From: Alphaproteobacteria bacterium
GTDB lineage: Bacteria > Pseudomonadota > Alphaproteobacteria > SP197
Length of the DNA: 64,000 bases
Direction: 5' to 3'
NCBI GenBank assembly: GCA_964291265.2
Contig: OZ219747.1
Location: forward strand, 4,032,001 to 4,096,000
Shown: positions 9,523 to 21,161 of the stretch, piece by piece
How positions within the stretch are numbered: position 1 is the stretch's first letter
How the letters are laid out: each line of letters begins with the position of its first letter
Program-made: the position numbers and the translations under genes
The notes under the pieces: model-generated
Database searches by the model: none
Told to the model about the DNA's origin: nothing
The model's input: the letters and a program-made list of their open reading frames with translations, nothing else

Positions 9523-11352
9523 ATGGCCAAGGCACGCGCAGGACCCAGGAAGCGCTGGCGGCTGTCGATGTCGCTGGTCCTGTCAATCTGCTTCGGCACG
9601 CTCATCACCGTTTCCATGGCCGGGGTGCTGGGTATCACCGTGACGGGTGCCGTCCGGAACACCATCGACCTTCTTCGCAAGGAAGCGGAACTTGGCGTCT
9701 CACTCGTCACCCACGAGATCGACCTCCACTTTGCCGCCGCCGGAACCCAGACAGCCTTCGTTGCCGGCATGCTGGAAACGGCCAAGGTCGATGTCGACGA
9801 TGATGTGCGTCTGGAAGCGCTGCTGACGGGCGCCATGGCCGCCGATCCTGCCATCAGCGGTCATGGTTTCGTCTTTCCAGGCGGCCATGTCGTGATTGTC
9901 GATCGCCTCGACCCGCCAGCCCGCTTCTATCGCGTCTGGGCCGGCAACGATCCGATCGTCGCGGAAGCGCTCGCGAGGGCCACGGCCGGCGACGGCCCGT
10001 TCTGGATGCCGCCGAGTTGGAGAGCCGACTATGACAACACGATCATGACACTCATATGGCCGGTCCGGCGAAATGCGGAGCTTCTCGGGGTGCTGATCAC
10101 CGCCATCAACATCGAGCAGGTGTCAGCCCGTATGGGACCGGCCGTCCGGAGCCTGCGCAGCCAGGTCTTTGCCCTCTACGGTCATGATCGGGGCCTTGCC
10201 CACGACCTGATGGCCGACGGTTACCCCGGCCTTTCTGACGCTGATCCTCTGCCATTGCTCGAGACATTTGCCGATCCCTATCTCGCCGGCATGTGGGACC
10301 CTCAATCCCTTGAACGGATCGACCTGCCGGAAACGGCCAACATGCAGAGCCACACGGTGGAGCTCGACGACACGACCCTGGTCTTCGTCTACCGCCCCAT
10401 CGATACCTACACCACCGTCCCGCTTCTGGTCGGCGCCTACTATCTCACGGAGGTCTTTGACGAGGAGTTTGGCCGCCTGATCAATTCCGTCGTCATCGGT
10501 GTTGCCGCCATCCTGCTCTCTCTCGTCGTCGCCATGCTCATGGGGCGACGCCTGTCACGCCCCCTCGAGCGACTGTCCGCGGCTGCCCGCTTCGTCGCCA
10601 GCATGGACCTTGACCGCATCCGGACCCTGCCACCCAGCCGCGTTGTCGAACTCGACCACCAGGCGGATGCCTTCAACTCCATGAACGGCGCCCTGACATG
10701 GTTCCAGGCCTATGTGCCGCGGGCGCTGGTCCGCCAGATCATGCACACTGGTGACATGGCCGGACTCGAATCGGGTCACCGCAACATCACCGTCATGTTC
10801 ACGGACATCGCCGGCTATTCCACGGTGTCGGAAGGGATGAGCGCGACCGGGGTCACGGCCCTGCTCAATCACCATTTCTCGATCCTCACGAATGAGATCG
10901 AGGCCGAGGGTGGCACCGTCGACAAGTTCATCGGCGATGGTGTCATGGCGTTCTGGGGCGCACCGGAAAAGCAGAAGCATCGCGCCAGGCGCGCTTGCCG
11001 CGCCGCCCTCGCCATCCGCCGCCGCATCGAAGAGGACAACCGGGCACGCGAGGCTTCGGGGGGCAAAGCCATACGCATGCGCATCGGCATCCACTCCGGC
11101 CAGGCGACCGTGGCCAACATCGGCAGCCCGACGAGGCTGAACTACACGGTGATCGGAGACACGGTGAACGTCGCCCAGCGTGTCGAGCAACTGGGCCGGG
11201 ACATCGCACCCCTGACAGAGGTGGCCATCATCATCAGTGCCGAAACCGCCCGTGACGCCGGCAGCGACCTTGTCGCCGCACCGGCCGGCACGATCCCGGT
11301 CAAGGGGCGCACCGCTCCGGTCGAGGTGCTGCTGCTGAAGGAATTGGCTTGA
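9523..11352 (+). CDS. Membrane class III adenylate/guanylate cyclase (sensor-HAMP-cyclase)
   Basis: Two TM helices flank a periplasmic region, followed by VMFTDIAGYS, DKFIGDGVMAFWGAP, RIGIHSG and YTVIGDTVNVAQR. Confidence 0.92.
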   Translation: MAKARAGPRKRWRLSMSLVLSICFGTLITVSMAGVLGITVTGAVRNTIDLLRKEAELGVSLVTHEIDLHFAAAGTQTAFVAGMLETAKVDVDDDVRLEALLTGAMAADPAISGHGFVFPGGHVVIVDRLDPPARFYRVWAGNDPIVAEALARATAGDGPFWMPPSWRADYDNTIMTLIWPVRRNAELLGVLITAINIEQVSARMGPAVRSLRSQVFALYGHDRGLAHDLMADGYPGLSDADPLPLLETFADPYLAGMWDPQSLERIDLPETANMQSHTVELDDTTLVFVYRPIDTYTTVPLLVGAYYLTEVFDEEFGRLINSVVIGVAAILLSLVVAMLMGRRLSRPLERLSAAARFVASMDLDRIRTLPPSRVVELDHQADAFNSMNGALTWFQAYVPRALVRQIMHTGDMAGLESGHRNITVMFTDIAGYSTVSEGMSATGVTALLNHHFSILTNEIEAEGGTVDKFIGDGVMAFWGAPEKQKHRARRACRAALAIRRRIEEDNRAREASGGKAIRMRIGIHSGQATVANIGSPTRLNYTVIGDTVNVAQRVEQLGRDIAPLTEVAIIISAETARDAGSDLVAAPAGTIPVKGRTAPVEVLLLKELA

Positions 11353-11622
11353 CGACGGCCCGTTGTCCTGAAGCCAGGATTCTCCGCGGGGTTCAACCGT
11401 GTCCCTCAAGACATGGTTGCTGCGGCACTGCGGAAGATGACAGAGAATTCTGCATGCATGCCTTGCAGGATGAGCAGACTATGGGGAAACACTGTCTGCC
11501 CCGTGGTTTTGCACAGAACGCGCAGTGCTCCTCAGCAAACCCTTCAACTCGCTTGAAGTCCGATAGTTTGTTCTATAAATAAGACGTGAAAGGCATTCGT
11601 TGTCCATTTATGGTACAAAGCA

Positions 11623-11961
11623 ATGGCAAAGCCCGCGCACAGATCCTACTCCCGCCATGCCCGCGAAGCCGCAGAGCTTCTCGGGTCGATGATTCGTGCC
11701 GCGCGCATCGAACGCAACCTCACAGTCGCCGACGTCGCTGAACGCGCCGGGACATCCCGCGGCCTCGTGCATCGCATCGAGAAAGGCGAAATGGGCTCCT
11801 CCATCGGTGTAGCCTTCGAGGTTGCCGTTCTTGTCGGGGTCCGCCTGTTCGAAGTCGAACCGGCTACGCTGACGCGCTATCTGTCGATGGAACGCAATCG
11901 ACTCACCCTGTTGCCGCAGTCCGCCCGCACGGGAACGATGAAGGTGAAGGATGACTTCTGA
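11623..11961 (+). CDS. XRE-HTH antitoxin (HipB-like)
   Basis: HTH motif LTVADVAERAGTSRGLVHRIEKG; overlaps the downstream HipA gene. Confidence 0.85.
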   Translation: MAKPAHRSYSRHAREAAELLGSMIRAARIERNLTVADVAERAGTSRGLVHRIEKGEMGSSIGVAFEVAVLVGVRLFEVEPATLTRYLSMERNRLTLLPQSARTGTMKVKDDF

Positions 11962-13225
11962 TCACCCCGGCGCGAAGGCGCCCGAGGAAGCCTATGTCTG
12001 GACTTGGCTGCCCTGCGCGACGGCACCGGTCGTCGCCGGTCGCATCGCGCGTGACGGTCAGCGTCTGATCTTCAACTACGCTCGGAGCTATCTGGACCGC
12101 AACGACCGCATCCCGATCTACGAACCGGAACTGCCGTTGCGCAGCGGAGCGATCGCACCCGAAGCCGGGCTGAGGATGGCCGGATGCCTGCGCGACGCTT
12201 CCCCCGATTCGTGGGGCCGTCGCGTCATCCTGAACCGGGTCTTCGCACACAACGATGCCGATATCGATGCGCTCGACGAGCTGACCTGCCTTCTGGAGTC
12301 CGGCTCCGACCGCATCGGCGCCCTCGACTTCCAGTACTCCCCTTTCGAGTATGTGCCGCGCGTCAGTCAAACCGCGACGCTGGAAGAGCTGCGGAGCGCT
12401 GCCGAGAATGTCGAGAAAGGCGTTCCGCTGACGCCCGATCTCGATCAGGCGCTGCTCCACGGCACGTCGCTCGGCGGCGCCCGCCCGAAGGCGATGGTCC
12501 GGGACGACGACACGGGCATGATCGCCAAGTTCTCGTCATCGACCGACACCTACAACGTCGTCAAGGCAGAGTATGTCGCCATGCGCCTTGCGGCCAAGGC
12601 GGGGCTCGACGTCGCTCCCGTGAGTCTCGAGCATGTCGCCGGCAAGGATGTGCTGCTGGTCAAGCGCTTCGACCGGACAAGGTCGAAGGATGGCTGGACG
12701 CGCAAGGCGATGGTCTCCGCGCTGACGCTCTTTGGTCTCGACGAGATGATGGCGCGCTACGCCAGCTACGAGGACCTCGCGGAGATCATCCGACACCGCT
12801 TCACTTCGCCGAAGGCGACGTTGCGCGAGCTCTATGGCCGGCTCGTATTCAACGTCCTGTGCGGCAACACCGACGACCACGCCCGCAACCATGCGGGCTT
12901 CTGGGATGGCGCACACCTGACCTTGACGCCCGCCTATGACATCTGCCCGCAAGGCCGCTCCGGGAACCTGGCGAGCCAGGCGATGCTGATCGTCGGAGAC
13001 AATCGAGCGAGCACACTTGCGGCCTGCCTTGAGGTCGCGCCCAGTTTCCAGCTCGGCGAGAAAGTGGCGAAGGACATCATCGCCCGGCAGATCGGCACCA
13101 TCCGGGACGGATGGGACGACATCTGCAACGAAGTCGAATTGAGCGAGGTCGAGCGCAACCTGCTCGGCCAGCGCATGTTTCTGAATGACACTGTCTTCGA
13201 AGGCGCTGCAGTGGACCTTCGGTGA
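11951..13225 (+). CDS. hipA: HipA-family Ser/Thr kinase toxin
   Basis: PDSWGR, SLGGARPKA, IAKF, VKRFDR, GNTDDHARNH and LTPAYDI motifs. Confidence 0.92.
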   Translation: MTSDHPGAKAPEEAYVWTWLPCATAPVVAGRIARDGQRLIFNYARSYLDRNDRIPIYEPELPLRSGAIAPEAGLRMAGCLRDASPDSWGRRVILNRVFAHNDADIDALDELTCLLESGSDRIGALDFQYSPFEYVPRVSQTATLEELRSAAENVEKGVPLTPDLDQALLHGTSLGGARPKAMVRDDDTGMIAKFSSSTDTYNVVKAEYVAMRLAAKAGLDVAPVSLEHVAGKDVLLVKRFDRTRSKDGWTRKAMVSALTLFGLDEMMARYASYEDLAEIIRHRFTSPKATLRELYGRLVFNVLCGNTDDHARNHAGFWDGAHLTLTPAYDICPQGRSGNLASQAMLIVGDNRASTLAACLEVAPSFQLGEKVAKDIIARQIGTIRDGWDDICNEVELSEVERNLLGQRMFLNDTVFEGAAVDLR

Positions 13226-13844
13226 TGAGGACTTGAAACGTGGCGACAACAGACGCCGTAGCGAACGAGATTCAGCTGTTCCCGACGGACCGAGCAGCGA
13301 AAGAAGAACGATCCCGTTCCCCGATGCGTTCGTCAAGGAACGCTTCGAGCACCCTGGTGGAGTACGATTCGATCAGGTGGGACCATATCCGGCCGTGGCT
13401 CAGGTCCTCGGCCACGGCCTCGATGTCCCGAACGCGAAGACCAGGGAAGAGCGCTTTCGACATGTTCGCCGGCCCCTTTCCCGGCCTTTCGACCGGACAC
13501 TGTCGGCTCTGTCTGTTTCAGCATGTCGAGTTTCCGCATGCTTCGGCGTTGCTCGATGAACGTGAGGAGGAGTTCTCAATCCCTGGCAGGGTTTCTCGGT
13601 TCCCGGCAGGGGTTGGCGCTTTCCGGGGATGATGCCTGCCAGGTGTGCGACTTCGATGGATTGCGGCGGTGCGGTACCGGGTACACTTCAACCGGATACC
13701 CAGGAGCTTGAACGCCTTCTCTCATGGGACGGCGTGGCGACCTGGACGCGGCCCCGGGAAGCGGAACGCGAAGATATTGCGGGTGATGGCGGAGAGACCG
13801 TTCATCAGGTCATCACCGGCGTTCCGTGCGCTCATTGATGTCCT

Positions 13845-14060
13845 TGCCGGCGCCGGGTCGCGGCGCCCTCGGCATCCTCGTCGTCGAACAGCATGGCGCC
13901 GATCGACGCAAATGGCGATTATGCAAGGGAGGACGTGAGCCCGGTACTCGGTGCGGCAGTATACGGGGCGCACCTTTCAGATCCACGGTCTTGGGATTGC
14001 CGAAGGTCCGTTCAACCAGGCTCTGCCGCTTGCAGGCGCACACCGCGCCTGGAGACCTGT
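13845..14060 (-). pseudogene. IS1634-family transposase C-terminal remnant
   Basis: Degenerate VERTFGNPKTVDLKVRPVY...RAHV...MLFDDEDAEG; homologous to the 56175-56610 fragment. Confidence 0.7.
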
Positions 14061-14130
14061 TAAGGCCCGGCTCCCTGAGTGAAATGCCGTGCGGGGCCGG
14101 GAGTCCCCGGCCCCGCCGCGATCGTGATGA

Positions 14131-15738
14131 TCAGGCGAACCACCAGCGGTGGGCGGAACGGGCGCCGTCACACTCCCAGCTCGCCGCGACACTCTCGCCA
14201 TGGCGCACATTGCTGCGCCGAGCATAGACGAAGTTCACGAAAAGCGGGATGATGGTGCCGCCGTCGTCACGGGCGATCTGGCACATCTCGCGATACATCT
14301 CCGCGCGCAGCGTCTCGTCGAGCTCCGCCTTCGCCAGCAGCAGGAGTTCGTTGAACCGTGCGTTCTGCCAGTGCGCCTCGTTCCACGGAGCGTCATCCTT
14401 GTACGCGAGGGTGAACATGTTGTCCGGCGTCGGACGGGCACCCCACTTGACGAACACGAAGGGCTTCTTCAGCCACACGTCCGACCAGTAGCCGTCGTTG
14501 GGCTCCCGCACCGGCACAACGTCGATGCCGGCAGCCTTGGCCTGCTCGCTGTAGAGAACGATCATGTCGACGGCGCCCGGCAACACGCTGTCGGCCGCCG
14601 AAAGGTTGACGCTGAGCGACTCCATGCCGGCCTGCTTGAGGTGGTGCTTCGCCTTGTCCGGGTCATAGACGCGCTGCTCGATATCCGGCCAGTAGGGCAT
14701 GTTCGGCGAGACGTGAAAGTCGTTGCCGGGGGTGCCGGTGCCGAACAGGATTTTCTCGACGATCTCTTCCCGGTCGATGGCGTACTTGAGAGCCAGACGG
14801 ACATCGACATTGTCGAAGGGCGCGTGGTCGCAGAACATCGGCAGGGTGATCGCCGAACCGCTCGGGATGTTGTCGATCTCGATGTTGGGATCGCGACCCA
14901 GCAGTGTGAGCGTCTTGAGATCGACCGACGAGATGGCGTCGACATCACCGGTGATGAGCGACGTCTGGCGGGCGTTGGGGTCATTGAGAATGGTGATCTC
15001 GACCGCATCGAACCATGCCCCTTCCCGGTGCCACCCGTCATGACGCTCGAGACTGATCCCGACACCGGGCTCGTTCTCGACGATCCTGTAGGGACCGGCC
15101 CCGATACCGGTATCCCACTCGATGCCACCGTCATCGGTCGCCGGCAGCATGGTGAGGTGATAGTCCGCCATCACCCAGGGGAGATCGGCAAATCCCTGGT
15201 CGACCTCGATGACGATCGCATGGTCGCCATCGGCCCTCAAGTCGGTGACGTTGGAAAGCAACGGCTTGGCCGCCGATGTCGTGTCATCACCCCGGTGGTG
15301 GTTGAGCGAGGCGACCGCGTCCCTCGACGTGAAGCTGCGGCCATCATGGAATGTCGCGTCCGGGCTGAGTTCAAAGGTCCACACCTTCGCGTCCGGAGAG
15401 GCGCTCCACGACACCGCCATGTCGCCACCGAGCCCGTTGTCGGCCGTGATCTCGGTGAGGTAACTGCGGGCCGTGTGGCCCAGCTGGATTTCGGTGACAC
15501 TCTGGTACTTGCCCGGATCGAGCGTATCGGCCGTGTTCCCGTCGTGCAGCCCGAGGCGGTAGGTGCCGCCGCTCTGTGGTGTTTCTGCCGCAGCGTTCTT
15601 GGTCCACAGCGTGGAGGCCGCGGCGATCGTCAGGCCTGCTGCCGAGGCCTCCGCCATGAAACTCCGGCGTGAAATCCTGTTTTGCCTGCTCGCACGGACA
15701 ATGCGTTCAAGCAGGGTGTTCTCTTCATGTGACGACAC
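14131..15738 (-). CDS. ABC transporter substrate-binding protein (family 5, Tat signal)
   Basis: ISRRSFM twin-arginine leader, plus WTFEL..ATFHDG, GAGPY and PFDNVDVRLALKYAIDR. Confidence 0.92.
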   Translation of the reverse strand: MSSHEENTLLERIVRASRQNRISRRSFMAEASAAGLTIAAASTLWTKNAAAETPQSGGTYRLGLHDGNTADTLDPGKYQSVTEIQLGHTARSYLTEITADNGLGGDMAVSWSASPDAKVWTFELSPDATFHDGRSFTSRDAVASLNHHRGDDTTSAAKPLLSNVTDLRADGDHAIVIEVDQGFADLPWVMADYHLTMLPATDDGGIEWDTGIGAGPYRIVENEPGVGISLERHDGWHREGAWFDAVEITILNDPNARQTSLITGDVDAISSVDLKTLTLLGRDPNIEIDNIPSGSAITLPMFCDHAPFDNVDVRLALKYAIDREEIVEKILFGTGTPGNDFHVSPNMPYWPDIEQRVYDPDKAKHHLKQAGMESLSVNLSAADSVLPGAVDMIVLYSEQAKAAGIDVVPVREPNDGYWSDVWLKKPFVFVKWGARPTPDNMFTLAYKDDAPWNEAHWQNARFNELLLLAKAELDETLRAEMYREMCQIARDDGGTIIPLFVNFVYARRSNVRHGESVAASWECDGARSAHRWWFA

Positions 15739-15913
15739 TGTCTGGTCTCCCCTTGTGAGCCGGTTCGGATCGGTCCGGGCTGGTTCATGTCACCCGGTTG
15801 TCGTCACGATACGCGACAGACATTGTCCGTGGCAAGATCACATGAACCTGGACGGGGTGACATGGCGTCGCAGGTGGGATAGTCTTCCTGCTCGGGGATG
15901 CTCGGGAGGATGC

Positions 15914-16870
15914 ATGGGAGACGTGACGCGTATCATCATCACCAGGCTGGGTCTGGGCGTGCTGACCCTCCTGGTGATCTCCGTCCTCATCTTTGGTGCA
16001 GTCGAACTTCTTCCAGGCGACATCGCACAGGCGGTTCTCGGCCAGGGCGCCACGGAAGACAACCTGCGAGCGCTGCGGACCGAGCTCGGTCTCGACCGCT
16101 CGGCGCCTGTCCGCTACCTGGACTGGCTGTCGGGTGCGGTCGTGGGAGACTTCGGTATCTCGCTTCTGACCCAGGCGTCGGTCACGGACACCATTGCCCC
16201 GCGGTTCGCCAACACCCTCTTCCTGGCCGGATACGCCGCCGTCATAGCGGTTCCGGTAGCGATCACTCTCGGCATCATCGTCGCCCTGCTGCGCAACACG
16301 CTGTTCGACCGGGTTGCCAACGTCGCTACCCTGACATCGATTTCCTCGCCGGAGTTCTTTCTCGGCTACATCCTGATCCTCTATTTCTCGGTCAAGACCG
16401 GCATGTTCCCGGCCATCGCCAAGCTGAGCGACGACCTGACGTTCTTCGAACTCCTGGAACGGACTTTCCTGCCGGCGCTGACCATGGTCCTCGTGGTCGT
16501 CGCCCACATGATGCGCATGACCAGGGCAGCCATCATCAACCTGCTGGCCTCCCCCTATATCGAGATGGCGCGTCTCAAGGGAACACCGGCCTGGCGGGTG
16601 ATCGCGCGGCATGCACTGCCCAATGCGTGGGCTCCCATCATCAACGTGGTGGCCCTCAATCTTGCCTACCTCATCACCGGTGTCGTCCTCGTCGAGGTGG
16701 TCTTCGTCTATCCCGGTATCGGCCAGCTGCTCGTGGACGCCGTGACCAAGCGCGACTTTCCGGTGGTCCAGGCGTGCTGCCTGATCTTCGCCGCGACGTT
16801 CATCCTTCTCAACCTGGCCGCGGACGTGGGCGCCATTCTCACCAATCCGCGCCTGCGCCACCCGAAGTAG
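15914..16870 (+). CDS. Dpp/Opp-type ABC permease (DppB-like)
   Basis: LPGDIA, ELGLDR, EAA motif (YIEMARLKG...HALPNA) and RDFPVVQ. Confidence 0.93.
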   Translation: MGDVTRIIITRLGLGVLTLLVISVLIFGAVELLPGDIAQAVLGQGATEDNLRALRTELGLDRSAPVRYLDWLSGAVVGDFGISLLTQASVTDTIAPRFANTLFLAGYAAVIAVPVAITLGIIVALLRNTLFDRVANVATLTSISSPEFFLGYILILYFSVKTGMFPAIAKLSDDLTFFELLERTFLPALTMVLVVVAHMMRMTRAAIINLLASPYIEMARLKGTPAWRVIARHALPNAWAPIINVVALNLAYLITGVVLVEVVFVYPGIGQLLVDAVTKRDFPVVQACCLIFAATFILLNLAADVGAILTNPRLRHPK

Positions 16871-16880
16871 GAGGGCAGCC

Positions 16881-17942
16881 ATGGACTACTTTGTCATCGG
16901 CTACTACGCCCTCCTCATCGGCGGGTCGTGCCTGGCCGCCTACTTCAAGAGGCGGGAGATCTTCCTCGCTCTCTTTTCGCTGACCCTGGCGTCGTTCGTC
17001 ATGGGCATCGTCGGCGGACAGGATGCCCTGTGGGCCGTGTCGGTCGCCGCCGGACTGCTGGCCCTCGCCGGGGGGACGGCCTACGCCTTCCGCGAATTCC
17101 TCATCATCATCAGCGGCACCGAAACCGCCAAGGCCCTGCGTACGGCGCCGCTCACGGCGTCCTTCGGCATGTTCGTCATCTTCACCTACGCCGTTCTGGG
17201 AATCTTCGCTCCGGTGATCGCGCCCTTCGGCGAGGAGGAGGTGATTTCCCAGTCCTTCGCGCCGGCCGACGAAAACATGCTGCTGGGCGCCGACCAGCTG
17301 GGGCGCGATCTCTTCAGCCGCATCGTCTACGGCGCCAGGAACACCGTGGGCCTCGCCCTGGTGGCGACCATGATCGCCTTCGTCATCGGCGTGCTTCTCG
17401 GCATGGTCGCCGCCGTCAAGGGGGGCTGGTTCGACCAGTTGATGGGGCGCATCATCGATGTCGTCATGTCCATCCCCGGACTGATCTTCGCCCTGCTGCT
17501 GCTCAGCATCTTCGGCACCAACCTCATCATCCTGGTCATCATCATCGGCCTCATCTATGCGCCGCGCGTCTTCCGCCTGACCCGTGCCGTCGCCGGCAAC
17601 GTGGTGGTGATGGACTACATCGAAGCGGCGAGCCTGCGCGGAGAGGGCATGTGGTACCTCATCCGCAAGGAGATTCTGCCGAACTCGACGGCGCCGCTGG
17701 TCGCCGAGTTCGGGCTGGAGTTCTGTTTCGTCTTCCTCCTCGTGGCAGGCCTCTCGTTCCTCGGCCTCGGCATCCAGCCGCCGACGGCGGACTGGGGGTC
17801 GATGGTGCGCGAGAACGCAACGCTCATCTCGTTCGGCGAGATCACGCCACTCATCCCTGCCGCGGCCATCGCTCTCCTGACCGTGGCCGTCAACTTTGTG
17901 GTCGACTGGATGCTGTTCCGTTCGTCCGGATTGAAGGAGTGA
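16881..17942 (+). CDS. Dpp/Opp-type ABC permease (DppC-like)
   Basis: LLGADQLGRDLFSR, YIEAASLRGE and LSFLGLGIQPPTADWG. Confidence 0.93.
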   Translation: MDYFVIGYYALLIGGSCLAAYFKRREIFLALFSLTLASFVMGIVGGQDALWAVSVAAGLLALAGGTAYAFREFLIIISGTETAKALRTAPLTASFGMFVIFTYAVLGIFAPVIAPFGEEEVISQSFAPADENMLLGADQLGRDLFSRIVYGARNTVGLALVATMIAFVIGVLLGMVAAVKGGWFDQLMGRIIDVVMSIPGLIFALLLLSIFGTNLIILVIIIGLIYAPRVFRLTRAVAGNVVVMDYIEAASLRGEGMWYLIRKEILPNSTAPLVAEFGLEFCFVFLLVAGLSFLGLGIQPPTADWGSMVRENATLISFGEITPLIPAAAIALLTVAVNFVVDWMLFRSSGLKE

Positions 17943-17947
17943 CCGTC

Positions 17948-19597
17948 ATGGCCGACGACAAGCGCGTTCTCCTCAAGATCCAGGGTCTCAGGATCGAGGG
18001 CTATGCGGATGAGAAGTGGATCGAGATCGTCCACGGCGTCGATCTCACCCTGCACCGCGGCGAAGTCCTTGGCCTGATCGGTGAATCGGGTGCCGGCAAG
18101 TCGACGATCGGACTCGCGGCCATGGGCTTTGCCCGGGACGGTTGCCGGATATCGGGAGGCTCGGTCGAGTTCGACGGCATGGAGTTGACGACGACACCCG
18201 AGTCCGACCGCCGCGTTCTCAGGGGCTCGCGCATCGCCTATGTCGCCCAGTCCGCGGCGGCGTCGTTCAATCCGGCCCACAAGCTGATCGATCAGCACAC
18301 GGAAGCGCCGGTTCACTACCGTATCCGCAAGCGCATGGAGAGTCAGGAAGACGCCATGGAACTCTACGAGCGCCTGCGCCTTCCGAATCCCAAGGAAATC
18401 GGTTTTCGCTACCCGCACCAAGTATCGGGCGGACAGCTGCAGCGGGCCATGACGGCCATGGCGATGGCCTGCCGGCCGGACCTCATCATTTTCGACGAGC
18501 CCACCACGGCGCTCGACGTCACCACGCAGATCGAGGTGCTCGCCGCCATCCGCGATATCGTCGACCAGTTCGACACCGCCGCCATCTACATCACCCACGA
18601 CCTTGCCGTCGTCGCCCAGATGGCCGACACCATCAAGGTCCTGCTCAAGGGCGACGAGGTCGAGGAAGCGGACACCGCGACCATGCTCGACAACCCGCAG
18701 GAGGACTACACCAAGACCCTGTGGGCCGTGCGCAGCTTCCAGCGACCCCAGAAATCACGGCCGGCGGATGGCACCGTCCCGATCGTCACCATCGACAATG
18801 TCGACGCGGCCTACGGCCAGAACAAGGTTCTCGAGGACGTGACCTTCGACATCCACGCCGGCATGACCGTCGCGGTGGTGGGAGAGTCGGGATCAGGAAA
18901 GTCGACCACCGCCCGCTGCATCACCGGGTTGCTGCCGCCTACCAAGGGGCGCATCCTGTTCTCCGGGGAGGAACTCCCGGCCAGCTTCCGGGCACGCTCG
19001 AAGGCACAGCTGCGCCAGGCGCAGATGATCTACCAGATGGCCGATACGGCACTCAATCCCAAGGTCCGGATCAGCGACATCATCGGCCGTCCGGCCGAGT
19101 TCTACAGCGGACTGAAAGGGGCGCAGCTGAAGAACCGGGTGGACGAGCTCCTCGACCTCATCGAGCTCGAACCGTCCAAGTTCTACAACCGCTATCCGCC
19201 TGAACTTTCAGGCGGGCAGAAGCAGCGGATCGGTATCGCGAGGGCCCTGGCTGCCGAACCCTCCTTCATCATCTGCGACGAGGTGACGAGCGCCCTTGAC
19301 CAGCTGGTCGCCGAGGGAATCCTGAGGCTTCTCGACCGCCTGCAGGAGGAACTCGATCTCGCCTACATGTTCATCACCCACGATCTCGCCACCGTGCGTT
19401 CCATCGCCGATGAGGTCGTCGTCATGAAGGAGGGGCGTGTCGTCGAGATGGGCCCCAAGGACGTCATGTTCACGCCGCCCCATCACCCCTACACGGATCT
19501 ACTGCTGTCCTCGGTTCCCGAAATGGATCCCAACTGGCTCAACACGGTTCTTGAGGAACGCGGCGTCGACAACATCGGCGAGGCGGCCCGAACCTGA
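17948..19597 (+). CDS. ABC transporter ATP-binding protein with duplicated NBD
   Basis: Two Walker A motifs ([16 protein letters not shown]) and two signatures (VSGGQ, LSGGQ). Confidence 0.95.
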   Translation: MADDKRVLLKIQGLRIEGYADEKWIEIVHGVDLTLHRGEVLGLIGESGAGKSTIGLAAMGFARDGCRISGGSVEFDGMELTTTPESDRRVLRGSRIAYVAQSAAASFNPAHKLIDQHTEAPVHYRIRKRMESQEDAMELYERLRLPNPKEIGFRYPHQVSGGQLQRAMTAMAMACRPDLIIFDEPTTALDVTTQIEVLAAIRDIVDQFDTAAIYITHDLAVVAQMADTIKVLLKGDEVEEADTATMLDNPQEDYTKTLWAVRSFQRPQKSRPADGTVPIVTIDNVDAAYGQNKVLEDVTFDIHAGMTVAVVGESGSGKSTTARCITGLLPPTKGRILFSGEELPASFRARSKAQLRQAQMIYQMADTALNPKVRISDIIGRPAEFYSGLKGAQLKNRVDELLDLIELEPSKFYNRYPPELSGGQKQRIGIARALAAEPSFIICDEVTSALDQLVAEGILRLLDRLQEELDLAYMFITHDLATVRSIADEVVVMKEGRVVEMGPKDVMFTPPHHPYTDLLLSSVPEMDPNWLNTVLEERGVDNIGEAART

Positions 19598-20163
19598 TTG
19601 GCGGGGCGGGATTTCGTCCAGGGACGACACGTCTGTTCGCGGCTTGATCCGATTCGACCAGTTCAACCGCTTGGCGCTGGACGCTCGCCGTGCACGGACA
19701 GGTCCCTCGGCCACTGCAAGAGGAGCACCGCTCTGCCCGTGCCCGGATGCCCAGCGAGACGCTCCCGCAACCGTCTCGGTCAGTTGCGGCGTTCTCGACG
19801 GCCACCAACCCTGCAGGCGCCCGCTTGCGCCACAGTGCCACCCCGGGTCGATGCCCGAGCGCCCGAACGCCGTTCGAACCCGCCACCACCGCGACCGAGG
19901 CCTCAGCTGCGTCCTGTCGCGCCTCGCTCTCGTGCAATCCGTCTGTCATCCGTGGCCTCCGTCGTTGAAGGGGGCAGATGACCATCAGGACCTCACGTCA
20001 TGACAAGGGTAATCCGGCGGGATCGTGTCCGCCGCCGCATGACCGAGAACTCGACCCGCAATCAGGCGATGGTGAGCGCCTTCAGGCAGATTGATGATGC
20101 GTTGATCGGGCAATTTAGTGGACATGAGCTTTCGCGCTGCGCTTGGTTTGCGGTTCTTGAAGG

Positions 20164-21027
20164 CTACTTGGAAGGGAAGGCTGGTGTTCGTGCCTTGAGG
20201 ACGTCGTTCCAGTCTTTGTGTCCGTCTGGGGGTCTCATGCGGAGAGCTCTTGGGTCTTGGCTGACGAGGCGCTCGGCGGCCTGTTCTCCGACGGGATCGG
20301 CGTCGAAGGCGACGAGGATGCGCTTTGGCGTCCAGGCTTCGGCCCATGTTGGGAGACGGTAAGCGATGCCGGCGGTTGACAGGATCACGGTAGCGGATTG
20401 CCGACATTCCTTGAGGCACCATGCGGAGAGGGCGTCGATGGCGCTTTCGGTGATGATGATGGTGCGTGGCATGGAGCGGTCCACGGGGATCCAGAAGCTG
20501 CCGGCGGCCTTGCGTGATCCACGCGCCATGGCTCTGTACTGCTTTCCGTCTGCGTTGGGGACGGTACCGACGATCTCGGCGCCGGAGAGGTCTCTTTGTG
20601 CGTTGGTGCATGTGAAGACGGCGTTTCTGCGTTCGTCGGCGGCGACGAGGCCGTGCTGTCGGCAAGCGTCCAGACAACGGTCTGGCAGGCGGCGGTCATG
20701 GGCGAGGTAGTGGCGTACGGCGTGCCAGGCTTTCTCGCAGTGCGTTGGTGTTCTCGGCCCCTTGCCGCCGGAGCGTGCGGTGAGGAGTGCGACGGCGTCG
20801 TTGAAGCTGCAGCGGTGTGCATGCATGACGAGATCGATGGCGCCGCCACCGCCGGACTGGGTGATGTGGTCGAACCAGCGTTGTTGGTTGACGCTGATGA
20901 CGGATCCGTGGCGCTTGAAGCGTCGCGGGTCGCGCGGGTCTCTTCGGTAGCCGAGCCGCAGGGCGAGTGGTTCGAGGGGCTGGTTGCGGATGTCATCGAG
21001 ATGCTGATTGTCCCAGGACCGGATCAT
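20164..21027 (-). CDS. Toprim-domain primase-like protein (DUF3991/Toprim type)
   Basis: WFDH...GGGAIDLVMH...SFNDAV DnaG-like N-terminus, IIITESAIDALS, VAFDADPVGEQAA and KDWNDVL. Confidence 0.85.
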   Translation of the reverse strand: MIRSWDNQHLDDIRNQPLEPLALRLGYRRDPRDPRRFKRHGSVISVNQQRWFDHITQSGGGGAIDLVMHAHRCSFNDAVALLTARSGGKGPRTPTHCEKAWHAVRHYLAHDRRLPDRCLDACRQHGLVAADERRNAVFTCTNAQRDLSGAEIVGTVPNADGKQYRAMARGSRKAAGSFWIPVDRSMPRTIIITESAIDALSAWCLKECRQSATVILSTAGIAYRLPTWAEAWTPKRILVAFDADPVGEQAAERLVSQDPRALRMRPPDGHKDWNDVLKARTPAFPSK

Positions 21028-21161
21028 GGTCTGTCGAGCCTCCTGCGTGGTGGACGGGGGGTGGTTCCCGTTGGCGGTTCCCACCTGAACTCCCAGGGTG
21101 AACGGGAACCGGGAACCGGGAACCGCCTGGCGTCGGGGCGTTTTGCGCCTGGTTGTTGCGG

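Noticed and set aside
19620-20000. Possible IS remnant (GGAGG RBS plus MTDGLHESE... on the - strand)
   Set aside because: No convincing catalytic motif, terminal repeat or TSD.
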